Part shown: positions 8,305 to 17,564 of the stretch, in pieces | How positions within the stretch are numbered: position 1 is the first letter of the stretch | Layout: every line of letters begins with the position of its first letter | Source: Crocosphaera subtropica ATCC 51142 | Lineage (GTDB): Bacteria; Cyanobacteriota; Cyanobacteriia; Cyanobacteriales; Microcystaceae | Direction of reading: 5' to 3' | DNA length: 32,000 nucleotides | NCBI RefSeq assembly: GCF_000017845.1 | Contig: NC_010546.1 | Span: 2,640,001 to 2,672,000, forward strand | The notes under the pieces: model-generated | Databases searched by the model: none | The model's input: only the letters and a program-made list of their open reading frames with translations | Told to the model about the DNA's origin: nothing | Program-made: the position numbers and the translations under genes

Positions 8305-9420
8305 TTATAAAGCTGAATTTTTGAATAAAGGTAGGTCAGAAATTGTTGTTTCTTCTTGATTATAGTTATTAGTAGGGTTAGTTTCGCTTACTGATGATTC
8401 ACTTTCAAACCTTAATTTTGAACCCTTGACATACTCTTCTTCAATTTCAATTGCAATCCATTTTCTATCTAAAGTTTCTGCGACTTTACCTGTCATATTA
8501 GAACCAGCAAATGGATCAAGAACAATATCTCCAACTTCTGTACATAAATTTATAAAAAATTCTGGTAAAGCTTGGGGAAATCTAGCAGGATGGCGTTTAA
8601 TCCCTTCTTGTTTACACCGTTTTTGATAATAATCATTAGAGGATGTATTTGATGCGGATATCACATTACCAGAAATAGGAACATACAAATTTTCAGAATC
8701 ATTTTCATCAAAAATTAAAATATCCCCTATTTCAGATCCTTCTACATCCTGAGTATTGATAATATTAGGAGGAATCGCTCCACCTCGATCATTTTTGAAC
8801 TTTGTTGATATGTCATGTCCAGAAGGCCGTAATTTTGCCTTGTATCCATTTTTTAATAGATTTTTCATCGCTTTGCTATAGGGTTTTAATACATTTCTAT
8901 TATTAGCTTTTGGATGTGGTTCTTTACATAGCCACCATATTGTATTGACAGCATCTTTTACTCTTTCTCGTCGCACTGTCACCCATTCAGCCGGAGTTGG
9001 TAATTTGGCTGGATTGTACCAATAAATTTCTTGAGCTAAATAAAATCCTAATCCCCCTTTGTTTTGAGGACGACATAAATGAACTACTAACTCAAAATGA
9101 TATAAAGAGCGTATAGGATAACCTTTGACCCAACTTCCTCCAATATCAATAGCTAATGAGCCTTGAGGCTTTAGTATACGATAAAATTCTTTGGCAAATG
9201 GTTCAAACCATTCAATATATTGCTCAGCTTCTACATTTCCATAATCTTTTTTCCTAACTAAAGCAAAAGGGGGAGAGGTGCAAATTAAATCTATACTTTC
9301 ATTGGGTATTTCTTTCATTAACTTTAGGCTATTTGCTAAATAAGCAGAGCCTAATTTAGTTTGATAGTAAGGTTTTTGATTTAATTGCATTACTTGAAAT
9401 TTTGTCACAATAACAGACAC
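8305..9420 (-). CDS. Beta-class amino DNA methyltransferase (N4-C/N6-A family), intact
   Basis: Motif IV (DLICTSPPF) is N-terminal and motif I (VLDPFAGSNMTG) is C-terminal, which is the permuted beta-class order. The track start is GTG 9420. ATG at 9390 (MQLNQKPYYQTKLGSAYL) is an equally plausible start. Confidence 0.9.
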   Translation of the reverse strand: MSVIVTKFQVMQLNQKPYYQTKLGSAYLANSLKLMKEIPNESIDLICTSPPFALVRKKDYGNVEAEQYIEWFEPFAKEFYRILKPQGSLAIDIGGSWVKGYPIRSLYHFELVVHLCRPQNKGGLGFYLAQEIYWYNPAKLPTPAEWVTVRRERVKDAVNTIWWLCKEPHPKANNRNVLKPYSKAMKNLLKNGYKAKLRPSGHDISTKFKNDRGGAIPPNIINTQDVEGSEIGDILIFDENDSENLYVPISGNVISASNTSSNDYYQKRCKQEGIKRHPARFPQALPEFFINLCTEVGDIVLDPFAGSNMTGKVAETLDRKWIAIEIEEEYVKGSKLRFESESSVSETNPTNNYNQEETTISDLPLFKNSAL

Positions 9421-9559
9421 TCTATTTTAATAGATTACTCGCATAAGTTACGGAAAAATATTATCAAAGACATAGTGAATCTGACAATATAATCTTACTC
9501 TAAATAACTTAAGCTACAGTTATCAATAAGCAATAATTAGTTACTTCGCAAAAAATATA

Positions 9560-9630
<71 letters not shown>

Positions 9631-9876
9631 GTTTTAGACACTCTTACAAGTATAACAAAAATGGTTCAACCAAGACAAGGTTTAAATTAAGACAAAACCT
9701 AAATTTTTCTGAAGAAACGTAACACCTATCCGATGGATTAAACTGACTTGTGCAGTGGTAGAAACTGACATAACAACCTTTACCATCGTCCCAATGCTGA
9801 GTATAGACTAAAAATGGAGGTGAGGCGTGTTAATAATAAAAGCCTTTCGTTCTACTCTTTACGCCGAAAATATCCT

Positions 9877-10212
9877 ATGAATAAGACTTACAAACTACTT
9901 GTCGGGACAATGTTGTTATTGGGACTCGGTACCGTATCCTTTGCTCAAAATGCCGATGCGGCCAACCCCTTTACCCAATTCCGTAATAATAATTGCGTTC
10001 CTGAAGCCAAAAAAGCAGGGTTAACTCAAGCAGAAGCAACACAAATCTGTAATTGTACGGTTCAGGCATTACAGAAGAAATACTCAACCCAGGCTTTTTC
10101 CAACCTTTACGCTCAATACAGAAATGGAGATAATAATGCCAGAAGAACTTTAACCCGTTATGGTGAAACTTGTTCTCAACAAGTTCTTGATGACATTCTC
10201 TGGGAAAACTAA
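9877..10212 (+). CDS. Small secreted four-cysteine protein
   Basis: The internal ATG at 9877 gives MNKTYKLLVGTMLLLGLGTVSFAQNADA, a signal peptide with an A-x-A site. The mature protein is about 83 aa with 4 Cys. The track ORF starts further upstream at 9814. Confidence 0.55.
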   Translation: MNKTYKLLVGTMLLLGLGTVSFAQNADAANPFTQFRNNNCVPEAKKAGLTQAEATQICNCTVQALQKKYSTQAFSNLYAQYRNGDNNARRTLTRYGETCSQQVLDDILWEN

Positions 10213-10351
10213 ACCGTAAAGTGACGATCATGAGGATAAATACTTAATTATTTTTCGTCACTTGATCGCAGTTAGCTGAAGACTTTTTTAATATTAGTTT
10301 TCAGCGAACCTTGTTATAACCATAGAAACGGTGTGAGTACGGCAAACGTTT

Positions 10352-13006
10352 ATGAAACCATCCTGGCGAGAACATCTAAATATATCCCGTGTGGCGATAA
10401 AATATGCACGAGTCACCCTGTTTATAGCGATCGCTGTGGCAGTAGCAGGGATATTTGCCTTTAGTTCCCTAAAATATGCCCTATTTCCTGAAATCCCCTT
10501 TCCTGTGGTCATTGTTCAGGGATCTGCACCCTTAGAAACCACTTTAGAGACGGAGAAACAGTTAACCAACCCGATTGAAACCTCTTTGCGATCGCTGGAA
10601 GATGCGGAGTTGTTTTCGTCGACTTATCCTGGCCAAACTATCATTAATGTTGCCTTTGCAGCCGGGTTAAACCTCGATCAATCGACAGAAACCGTCAAAA
10701 ACGCCCTGAAACAAGCCCAACTCCCCCCCGACGCAACCATAGAAGTGACTCCGTTTAACCTGAATGAGTCGGTAGCGGTAACTTATGCCATTTCTAGTGA
10801 CACTCAACCAGTCGAGATTTTAGCATCCATTGCTCAAGAAAAAATTATCCCCTCCCTCGAAGGCATTTCCGGAGTCAGACGAGTAGATTTACTGGGAGAT
10901 AGTTCTCTAAGAGACATCAATAGTAATAATTCACCCACCAACCCCCCCACATTAACCCGATTAAATCAAGAGGATATTTTAGCGGTTCAAGTGGTTAAAA
11001 AAGCAGATGGTAATACATTAGATGTAGCCCAAGCTGTAGATGAAAAAATTGCTAGTTTACGAGAAAGTTTACCAGATATTCAGTTAGTAATTGCTGAAAC
11101 TCAAGCAGATTATATTGAAGAAGCCAGTCAAGCCACGGTAGAAGCTTTATTAGGGGCAATTATTCTAGCAATTTTAGTTATTTTTCCCTTTTTAAGAAAT
11201 ATTCAAGCTACGCTAATTACGGCTTTAGCCATTCCTATGTCTTTACTGGGAACCTTTATCGTTATGGCGATCGCAGGGTTTAATTTAGAAACCATTACTT
11301 TATTGGGATTAGCGTTAGTTATTGGTATTATTGTTGATGATGCCATTGTGGATGTAGAGAATATTTCTCGTCATATTGATGAGGGAATGAGTCCCAAAGA
11401 AGCAGCCATCAAAGGAACCGATGAAATTGGTTTAACGGTATCAGCTTCTACCTTAACATTAGCTGCTGTATTTCTTCCCATTGCTTTTATTGGAGGCAAC
11501 TTAGGGCAATTTTTTAAACCCTTTGGAATGACGGTAGCTGCTGCAGTTTTAATCTCTTTAATAGTCGCCCGAACTGTCTCCCCTGTTTTAGCCATGTATT
11601 GGTTAAAACCCAGAAGAAGAAATGCAGAGAATCAGCCTAAAGCCTTTATTTTAGCTCCTATTTATCGACGTATTTTAAATTGGTCTTTGTCTCATCGTAA
11701 AGCGGTTATTGGTATTGCATTGATCAGTTTTGTTGTAGGGTTAGGGTTAATTCCTTTTATCCCTCAAGGGTTTGTTCCTAAATTGGATCGAGGAGAATTT
11801 AATGTTATTTATACATTACCTAATCCGAAAATTCCTAATCGTTTAAAAGCGGCCCAAGAAAGAATTAGTCAAGAAGAAAGTCCTTCCTTATTCCAAGGGT
11901 TAATGGAATCTCCTGAACGCATTTTATTAAGTAGAAATTATCGAGTAGGCAGTAAATTAGAAGGAATCGTTTTAGAAGATCCTAATGTTGAATCTGCTTA
12001 TACTATTGCCGGTTATCAAGGTAATCCTCTTAAGGGTAGAATTTATGTACAACTTAAGGATAATAGGACGTTAACCACTAGCCAAGTTCAAGAAGAAATT
12101 AGAGAAAACCTGCCAAAATTAAAAGGAGGAAGTATTAGTGTAGAGGACATTCTTTTTATTGAAACAGGTGATGATAGTCCGCTCAAAATTGCTTTACTTA
12201 GTAACAATTTAGAAAGTTTAGAAACAACAGCTAAACAACTAAAAGATCGCTTAGAAACAATACCCGGATTAGTGGATATTAAATTATCAGCAAGTGTTGA
12301 AAGCTCATTTATCGAACATTTTCAACAACAAAGAGTGATCTATCTAACCTCTAATTTATCTCAAGGAACCGGATTAGGGGATGTGACTAAAAAAGTTATT
12401 TCAATCACCGAAGAAATATTACCTAATGATGTCACTTTTGATATTCAAGGGGCATCGGCACAAGTGCGTAGTATTTTTAAAGAATTTGCGATCGCTTTAT
12501 TTTTCGCTATCTTGTCTATGATGGTGATTTTATATATAACGTTTGGTCGCTTTTTAGAGTCTTTTGTGGTACTTTTATCCCTTCCTTTGTCTATTGTAGG
12601 GGCAATGTTTGCCTTATTAATCACTCAAAGCGATTTCGGGATGATATCCTTAATTGGGTTAATTTTCTTGTTAGGTTTGTTGGATAAAAATGCCATTCTC
12701 TTGATGGATTATACCAACCAATTAAGGGAACAGGGTATGAGTCGCCATAATGCTATCCTCAAGACAGGAGAAATTAGGTTACGCCCCATTATTATGACCA
12801 CTGCATCCACCATTTTAGGGATGCTTCCCATTGCAGTAGGGTTAGGTGCCGGTGCAGAATTAAGACAACCGATGGCTGTTGCTATTATTGGCGGTTTAAT
12901 TACTTCTTCTGTGTTGAGTTTAATTGTGGTTCCTGTCCTTTATACGGTATTAGAAGATGGTTGGGAAAAACTCTGTTTTCACAGAATGAAACGAGTTGAC
13001 AATTAA
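10352..13006 (+). CDS. RND-superfamily efflux permease (AcrB/AcrD/AcrF-type), short 884 aa form
   Basis: It has a duplicated 6-TM plus periplasmic-loop layout. The TM4 motif is GLALVIGIIVDDAIVDVENI and the second-half TM block is LIGLIFLLGLLDKNAILLMDY...RLRPIIMTTASTILGMLP. Confidence 0.9.
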   Translation: MKPSWREHLNISRVAIKYARVTLFIAIAVAVAGIFAFSSLKYALFPEIPFPVVIVQGSAPLETTLETEKQLTNPIETSLRSLEDAELFSSTYPGQTIINVAFAAGLNLDQSTETVKNALKQAQLPPDATIEVTPFNLNESVAVTYAISSDTQPVEILASIAQEKIIPSLEGISGVRRVDLLGDSSLRDINSNNSPTNPPTLTRLNQEDILAVQVVKKADGNTLDVAQAVDEKIASLRESLPDIQLVIAETQADYIEEASQATVEALLGAIILAILVIFPFLRNIQATLITALAIPMSLLGTFIVMAIAGFNLETITLLGLALVIGIIVDDAIVDVENISRHIDEGMSPKEAAIKGTDEIGLTVSASTLTLAAVFLPIAFIGGNLGQFFKPFGMTVAAAVLISLIVARTVSPVLAMYWLKPRRRNAENQPKAFILAPIYRRILNWSLSHRKAVIGIALISFVVGLGLIPFIPQGFVPKLDRGEFNVIYTLPNPKIPNRLKAAQERISQEESPSLFQGLMESPERILLSRNYRVGSKLEGIVLEDPNVESAYTIAGYQGNPLKGRIYVQLKDNRTLTTSQVQEEIRENLPKLKGGSISVEDILFIETGDDSPLKIALLSNNLESLETTAKQLKDRLETIPGLVDIKLSASVESSFIEHFQQQRVIYLTSNLSQGTGLGDVTKKVISITEEILPNDVTFDIQGASAQVRSIFKEFAIALFFAILSMMVILYITFGRFLESFVVLLSLPLSIVGAMFALLITQSDFGMISLIGLIFLLGLLDKNAILLMDYTNQLREQGMSRHNAILKTGEIRLRPIIMTTASTILGMLPIAVGLGAGAELRQPMAVAIIGGLITSSVLSLIVVPVLYTVLEDGWEKLCFHRMKRVDN

Positions 13007-13049
13007 TGCAGGTTTAGGTCATATTAAGACAGTGTTTTCTTAAGAAAAG

Positions 13050-14312
13050 GTGAAAATTAAAAAACAAGTTAATATGACCTTCCTTTTTAATCCTTTATTT
13101 CTCACTGCAATTTTAGTCACTTTTTTGATTAATGGACAACAGAAAAAAGCGATCGCTAATCCAAAAGCTAACTTTAACAATTCCATCATTGAAGACTTGA
13201 CAAAAATAGAAAAAAATGATAGTAAAATCGAGATTTTAGAGAAAGCTTTAGAGGTTGCCAACTCATTAAAAGATGTTCAAGCGCAGCAAGAATTATTAAT
13301 AAAAATTGCTCAAAAGTATGCAGAATTAGGTAAACAGAAAAAAGCCATAAAAATCCTTAATCAATCATTAGAAACAATCAAATCTTTAGAAGACTTAGAT
13401 CAAAAAACTGAGTTAATGCTTGCTGTATCTCAAGCTTATGAAAACCTAGGAAAAAGAAAGATAGCCAAGAAAATTTTAGAAGAGACTATTATTTTAGTTA
13501 ATGGTTTAGAAGATGAATTAATTAAAGCCCAACGTTTAACAGAAATTGCCTTAAGACAACCTAAAAAATTAGCAGATACATTACTTACAGAAAGTCAGAA
13601 ATTAATTGCAAAAGCATCCGAACCTGTCCCCTTATTTCCGTTTCAACCCACCTCTTTAGACGGAAATATTAGCTTTTACGGTAACATCGATTCTGCTCTA
13701 AATAGCACCAACGAATGGGGTATTAATTTAGCATTAGAACAAACTTGGCAATATGATGAATTTGCTTTTAGAGGATTATTTACTAACAATTTCGATAGTG
13801 CAAGAGTGATGGACAGGGATCAAACAAAAATAGATTTAACAGGAGAATATCGTCATCATTTTGATGAAACTTGGAAATTTTTTACCTATAATACTTTTCT
13901 CCGAGATCAAGAAAATAACATTAACTACGATCTCAATTTAATTGCTGGGCCAGGGATTAATATTTTCCGTAAATCTCCTAATCATCGTTTAGATATGGGA
14001 CTGGGTTTAGGGGTCAGATACGAAGATTCTTTAGGTAAACCCGATGATACTAATTTTCCTACCATTAATTATTTAATTAGTTATCGAGATTTATTTTTTG
14101 AACGTTTAAACTATCGTCAACTTTTTATTTATAGTCTCCCTGTAGAAGATACGGTTGACTCAAGAATTTTAGCTATTAGTGAATTATCGTGGCCTTTGTT
14201 TGAAAATTGGTCATTAACCGGGCGTTTGCAGTATATTTATTTAGGGGTTCCCCCAGATAATAAACCAACCTCAGAAATTAATTTTTCTACGGGGTTAACC
14301 TACGACTTTTAA
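13050..14312 (+). CDS. Putative outer-membrane protein: signal peptide, three 40-aa helical repeats, C-terminal beta-barrel (DUF481-like by recollection)
   Basis: The start is GTG, with an alternative ATG at 13074. The N-terminus is hydrophobic. The 40-aa repeats read IL...LE....SL.D.....EL......Q.Y..LGK...A.K. The C-terminal half has alternating hydrophobic and aromatic strands and ends in ...GLTYDF, the terminal Phe typical of an outer-membrane barrel. Confidence 0.6.
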   Translation: MKIKKQVNMTFLFNPLFLTAILVTFLINGQQKKAIANPKANFNNSIIEDLTKIEKNDSKIEILEKALEVANSLKDVQAQQELLIKIAQKYAELGKQKKAIKILNQSLETIKSLEDLDQKTELMLAVSQAYENLGKRKIAKKILEETIILVNGLEDELIKAQRLTEIALRQPKKLADTLLTESQKLIAKASEPVPLFPFQPTSLDGNISFYGNIDSALNSTNEWGINLALEQTWQYDEFAFRGLFTNNFDSARVMDRDQTKIDLTGEYRHHFDETWKFFTYNTFLRDQENNINYDLNLIAGPGINIFRKSPNHRLDMGLGLGVRYEDSLGKPDDTNFPTINYLISYRDLFFERLNYRQLFIYSLPVEDTVDSRILAISELSWPLFENWSLTGRLQYIYLGVPPDNKPTSEINFSTGLTYDF

Positions 14313-14318
14313 TTAATA

Positions 14319-14804
14319 ATGATGCAAAAATGTGCTGTTGCTTTAGGTAGTAATTTAGGAGACTCATTAAACATTTTAGAGACAACAATCACCTTGTTAT
14401 CTCAACACCCTTCTATTGAGTTAATATCTCATTCCCCTTGGTATCAAACCACTCCGATAGGACCCCCTCAACCTGATTATTTTAATGGTTGTGCTATCTT
14501 AAAAACCAGTTTAACCCCCGAACACTTATTACAAACTTTGCTGAGTATAGAACAAAAATTTGGGCGTATTCGTCGGGAAAAATGGGGACCGAGAACCTTA
14601 GATTTAGACTTATTATTGTACGATGATTTAATCTTAGAAACGCCTTCTTTAACCATACCTCACCCTCTTATGTTAGAGCGAGCATTTGTATTAGTTCCCT
14701 TGGCTGATATCGCAGCCAGTTGGGTACATCCTATTAGTAAAAAAACGATCGAAGAAAACCTTAACGGGTTAAACTGTGAAGGGATTAAACAATTAGTTAA
14801 TTAA
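14319..14804 (+). CDS. folK: 2-amino-4-hydroxy-6-hydroxymethyldihydropteridine diphosphokinase (HPPK)
   Basis: ALGSNLGD, PWYQT.P.GPP.QPDYFN, GR.R.EKWGPRTLDLDLLLY and IPHP....RAFVL.PL are hallmark HPPK strings. Confidence 0.9.
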   Translation: MMQKCAVALGSNLGDSLNILETTITLLSQHPSIELISHSPWYQTTPIGPPQPDYFNGCAILKTSLTPEHLLQTLLSIEQKFGRIRREKWGPRTLDLDLLLYDDLILETPSLTIPHPLMLERAFVLVPLADIAASWVHPISKKTIEENLNGLNCEGIKQLVN

Positions 14805-14808
14805 ATTT

Positions 14809-15363
14809 ATGTCAACAGAACAAGAATTACCTACTTATTTAGAACAAAACCTATTTTATCGAGGTCGAAAATTCAATTTTGATGTCAATAAATTACGGTT
14901 ACCCAATGGAGTCGAAGGCAACTGGGAGTGTATTCGTCATCCTGGGGGGGCGTTAGCGGTTCCTATTACCAAAGAAGGTCAATTAGTATTAGTGAAACAA
15001 TATCGTTTTGCTGTGGAAAAAAGAATTTTAGAATTTCCTGCAGGAACCTTAGAAGTTGACGAAGACGCATCCGTTACTATTGAAAGAGAAATACAAGAAG
15101 AGACTGGTTACGAAGCAAATAAATGGGATTATTTAGGTAAATTTCCCTTAGCCCCTGGTTATTCTGATGAATATATTTATGCTTTTTTAGCACAAGAATT
15201 AGAGAAATTAGAGAAACCTCCCGAACAAGATGAAGATGAAGATATCGAAGTGGTTTTAATGAGTTTTGAAGAATTTGAACAAGCTATCTTATCAGGAGAA
15301 ATTATAGACGGTAAAACTATCGCAAGTTTTTTCATGGCTAAATTATTCTTAGAAAAAAATTAG
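14809..15363 (+). CDS. NUDIX hydrolase (ADP-ribose pyrophosphatase-like)
   Basis: The Nudix box is GTLEVDEDASVTIEREIQEETGY, preceded by LVKQYR......LEFPAG. Confidence 0.85.
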   Translation: MSTEQELPTYLEQNLFYRGRKFNFDVNKLRLPNGVEGNWECIRHPGGALAVPITKEGQLVLVKQYRFAVEKRILEFPAGTLEVDEDASVTIEREIQEETGYEANKWDYLGKFPLAPGYSDEYIYAFLAQELEKLEKPPEQDEDEDIEVVLMSFEEFEQAILSGEIIDGKTIASFFMAKLFLEKN

Positions 15364-15404
15364 CATTAATAACCAGTTAATTATAATAAAAAGGATGAAA
15401 AATC

Positions 15405-16172
15405 ATGTCTGTATTAGATTCATTTAAACTCGATGATCATGTGGCCATTATAACCGGAGCAGGGGCCGGAATTGGCCGAGGAATTGCCGAATTATTTGCT
15501 CAAGCAGGGGCTGCCGTCGTCGTCAGTGATCTTAAACTTGAAACAGCTGAAATTGTAGCAGAAAAGATTAAATCTCAAGGGGGAAAAGCGATCGCCGTTT
15601 CTTGTGATGTTACTACTAATGAAGCTTTAGAAAACCTGGTTAACAGTACCCTAACGGCTTTTGGCAAAATTACGATTTTAGTGAATAATGCCGGGGGAGG
15701 AGGCCCTAAACCCTTTGATATGCCGATGGATACGTTTATTTGGGCCTATCAATTAAATGTATTTTCTTTATTCCACCTCTGTCAATTATGTGTTCCTCAT
15801 ATTGAAGCGGCCGGGGGTGGCTCAATTTTGAATATTTCCTCCATGTCGGGGGATAACAAAAATAGCAATATGGCATCCTATGGGTCCTCTAAAGCTGCGG
15901 TGAGTCATTTAACCCGTAATATCGCCTTTGATCTCGGTCCGAAAAACATTAGGGTCAATGCGATCGCCCCCGGTGCCATTAAAACGGATGCTTTAGCCAG
16001 TGTCTTAACGCCAGACATTGAAACAGCCATGCTGAAACATACCCCTTTAGCGCGTTTAGGAAACCCCAAGGATATCGCTTATGCTGCTTTGTTTTTATGT
16101 TCCCCTGCTGCCAGTTGGATCAGTGGACAGGTATTAACAGTTAGTGGTGGTGGGGTTCAAGAATTAGATTAA
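15405..16172 (+). CDS. Short-chain dehydrogenase/reductase, 7-alpha-hydroxysteroid dehydrogenase (HdhA)-like
   Basis: It has TGAGAGIG, NNAGGGGPKPFDMPM, a Y-x3-K motif (YGSSKAA) and a C-terminal LFLCSPAASWISGQVLTVSGGGVQELD. As I recall E. coli HdhA, these blocks are nearly identical to it. Confidence 0.8.
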   Translation: MSVLDSFKLDDHVAIITGAGAGIGRGIAELFAQAGAAVVVSDLKLETAEIVAEKIKSQGGKAIAVSCDVTTNEALENLVNSTLTAFGKITILVNNAGGGGPKPFDMPMDTFIWAYQLNVFSLFHLCQLCVPHIEAAGGGSILNISSMSGDNKNSNMASYGSSKAAVSHLTRNIAFDLGPKNIRVNAIAPGAIKTDALASVLTPDIETAMLKHTPLARLGNPKDIAYAALFLCSPAASWISGQVLTVSGGGVQELD

Positions 16173-16208
16173 AACACAATAAAGTCAGATTTTTCTTAAA
16201 TTCAGAAG

Positions 16209-16691
16209 TCAACTTTTTTTAATCCTTTCAAAAAAACTATCATCAATATCATAACCAAAGAGTTGTGCCATAGATTTCAAACGAAACTGTGAGTAAATCC
16301 CTTGTTTTTCTAACCAGTCAGACAGAACAAATAACTTATTCATCACAAAAATTTCTAATGCTTCGGGGTTATATTGTATACCTTCAACTCGGTTAAATTG
16401 ATGAGGAACTAACATGGCTGCATATCTAGCAATTTCTCCTTGTTTAGCATCTAATAAAAACGGAAACCAAGGATAAATGGTATCAAGACGAACAAACCAT
16501 AAACGAACTTCAGGAATTTCTGAGAGTTCCCTAGGATCACTCGGTTCACGAGGGTATTGAATCTCAAAACTTAACTTTTGTTCTAAAGAAGCAATGTCAT
16601 TTTTTTCTAATAATGGATCAATAATTTTTCTAACGGGAGTAATATCTAATGTAGTTAAGTGATCGAATTGTACGGTGATAGTTTCAGTCAT
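16209..16691 (-). CDS. CRR6-like (DUF1817) NDH-1 assembly/maturation factor candidate
   Basis: The 160 aa acidic protein contains YPREPSDPRELSEIPEVRLWFVRLD..YPWFPFLLD...GE.ARYAAMLVPHQF. I recall this block as characteristic of the cyanobacterial/plastid CRR6 family. The call is from memory only. Confidence 0.5.
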   Translation of the reverse strand: MTETITVQFDHLTTLDITPVRKIIDPLLEKNDIASLEQKLSFEIQYPREPSDPRELSEIPEVRLWFVRLDTIYPWFPFLLDAKQGEIARYAAMLVPHQFNRVEGIQYNPEALEIFVMNKLFVLSDWLEKQGIYSQFRLKSMAQLFGYDIDDSFFERIKKS

Positions 16692-16782
16692 AAAATTTTC
16701 AATTTAATTGATGGCTAATTGACATAAGGATCATTAATATAATACTGTCAATGATGTAATTTACTAAAGCTTTAGAACTGGT

Positions 16783-17523
16783 ATGAAAAAAGGACTCAAT
16801 AGTTTAATGGCATTGTTGCTTATTATAGGGTTGACTTGGATACCTATTATCAGTGTACCCTCTGCACAAGCGATTATTGAACCTGAACTAGAAAAAACGG
16901 TTTTAGATATTATTCGACAACACCCTGAAGTCCTGATCGAATCGGTTCAAGCTTATCAAAAACAGCAACAAGAACAACAAAAACAATTTATACAATCTTT
17001 TGTATCACAATTAGCAACTCATCCTCAAACTATTATCGCTGACTCCCCTATCACTGGTCCTCTAACTCAAAAGAATATTCTCATAGAATTTTCTGATTTT
17101 CAATGTCCTTATTGTCAACAAGCTTATGAGACTGTAAAAACATTTATGGACAGTCATGATGAGGTAACGTTAGTTTATAAACATTTTCCTTTAAGTAGTA
17201 TTCATCCTCAAGCAATGGCCGCAGCTAAAGCATCGTGGGCCGCAGGAGAACAAGGAAAGTTTTGGCCTTATTATGATGCTTTATTTATGCAGCAAGAAAA
17301 GTTAGGAGAAAAGTTATATCTTGAGATTGCTAATAATTTGAATCTTGATATTAATCAATTTCAACGCAATCGCAATAGTAAAAGGGCTAATCTTGCTATT
17401 GAAAAAGATATGGAACTTGCCAGACAAATAGGAATTCAAGGAACTCCTTTGTTTGTGTTTAATGGTCAATTTTTTTCGGGTGCAGTTCCTTTATCTACCT
17501 TAGAAACAGCTTTGTCACCGTAA
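16783..17523 (+). CDS. DsbA-family thiol:disulfide oxidoreductase (secreted)
   Basis: It has a signal peptide, a CPYC active site (FSDFQCPYCQQ), and later a GIQGTPLFVFNG cis-Pro loop. Confidence 0.8.
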   Translation: MKKGLNSLMALLLIIGLTWIPIISVPSAQAIIEPELEKTVLDIIRQHPEVLIESVQAYQKQQQEQQKQFIQSFVSQLATHPQTIIADSPITGPLTQKNILIEFSDFQCPYCQQAYETVKTFMDSHDEVTLVYKHFPLSSIHPQAMAAAKASWAAGEQGKFWPYYDALFMQQEKLGEKLYLEIANNLNLDINQFQRNRNSKRANLAIEKDMELARQIGIQGTPLFVFNGQFFSGAVPLSTLETALSP

Positions 17524-17564
17524 AGCTATTAATAAATTTAAGTATTTTTTTTATTATTAAATCC

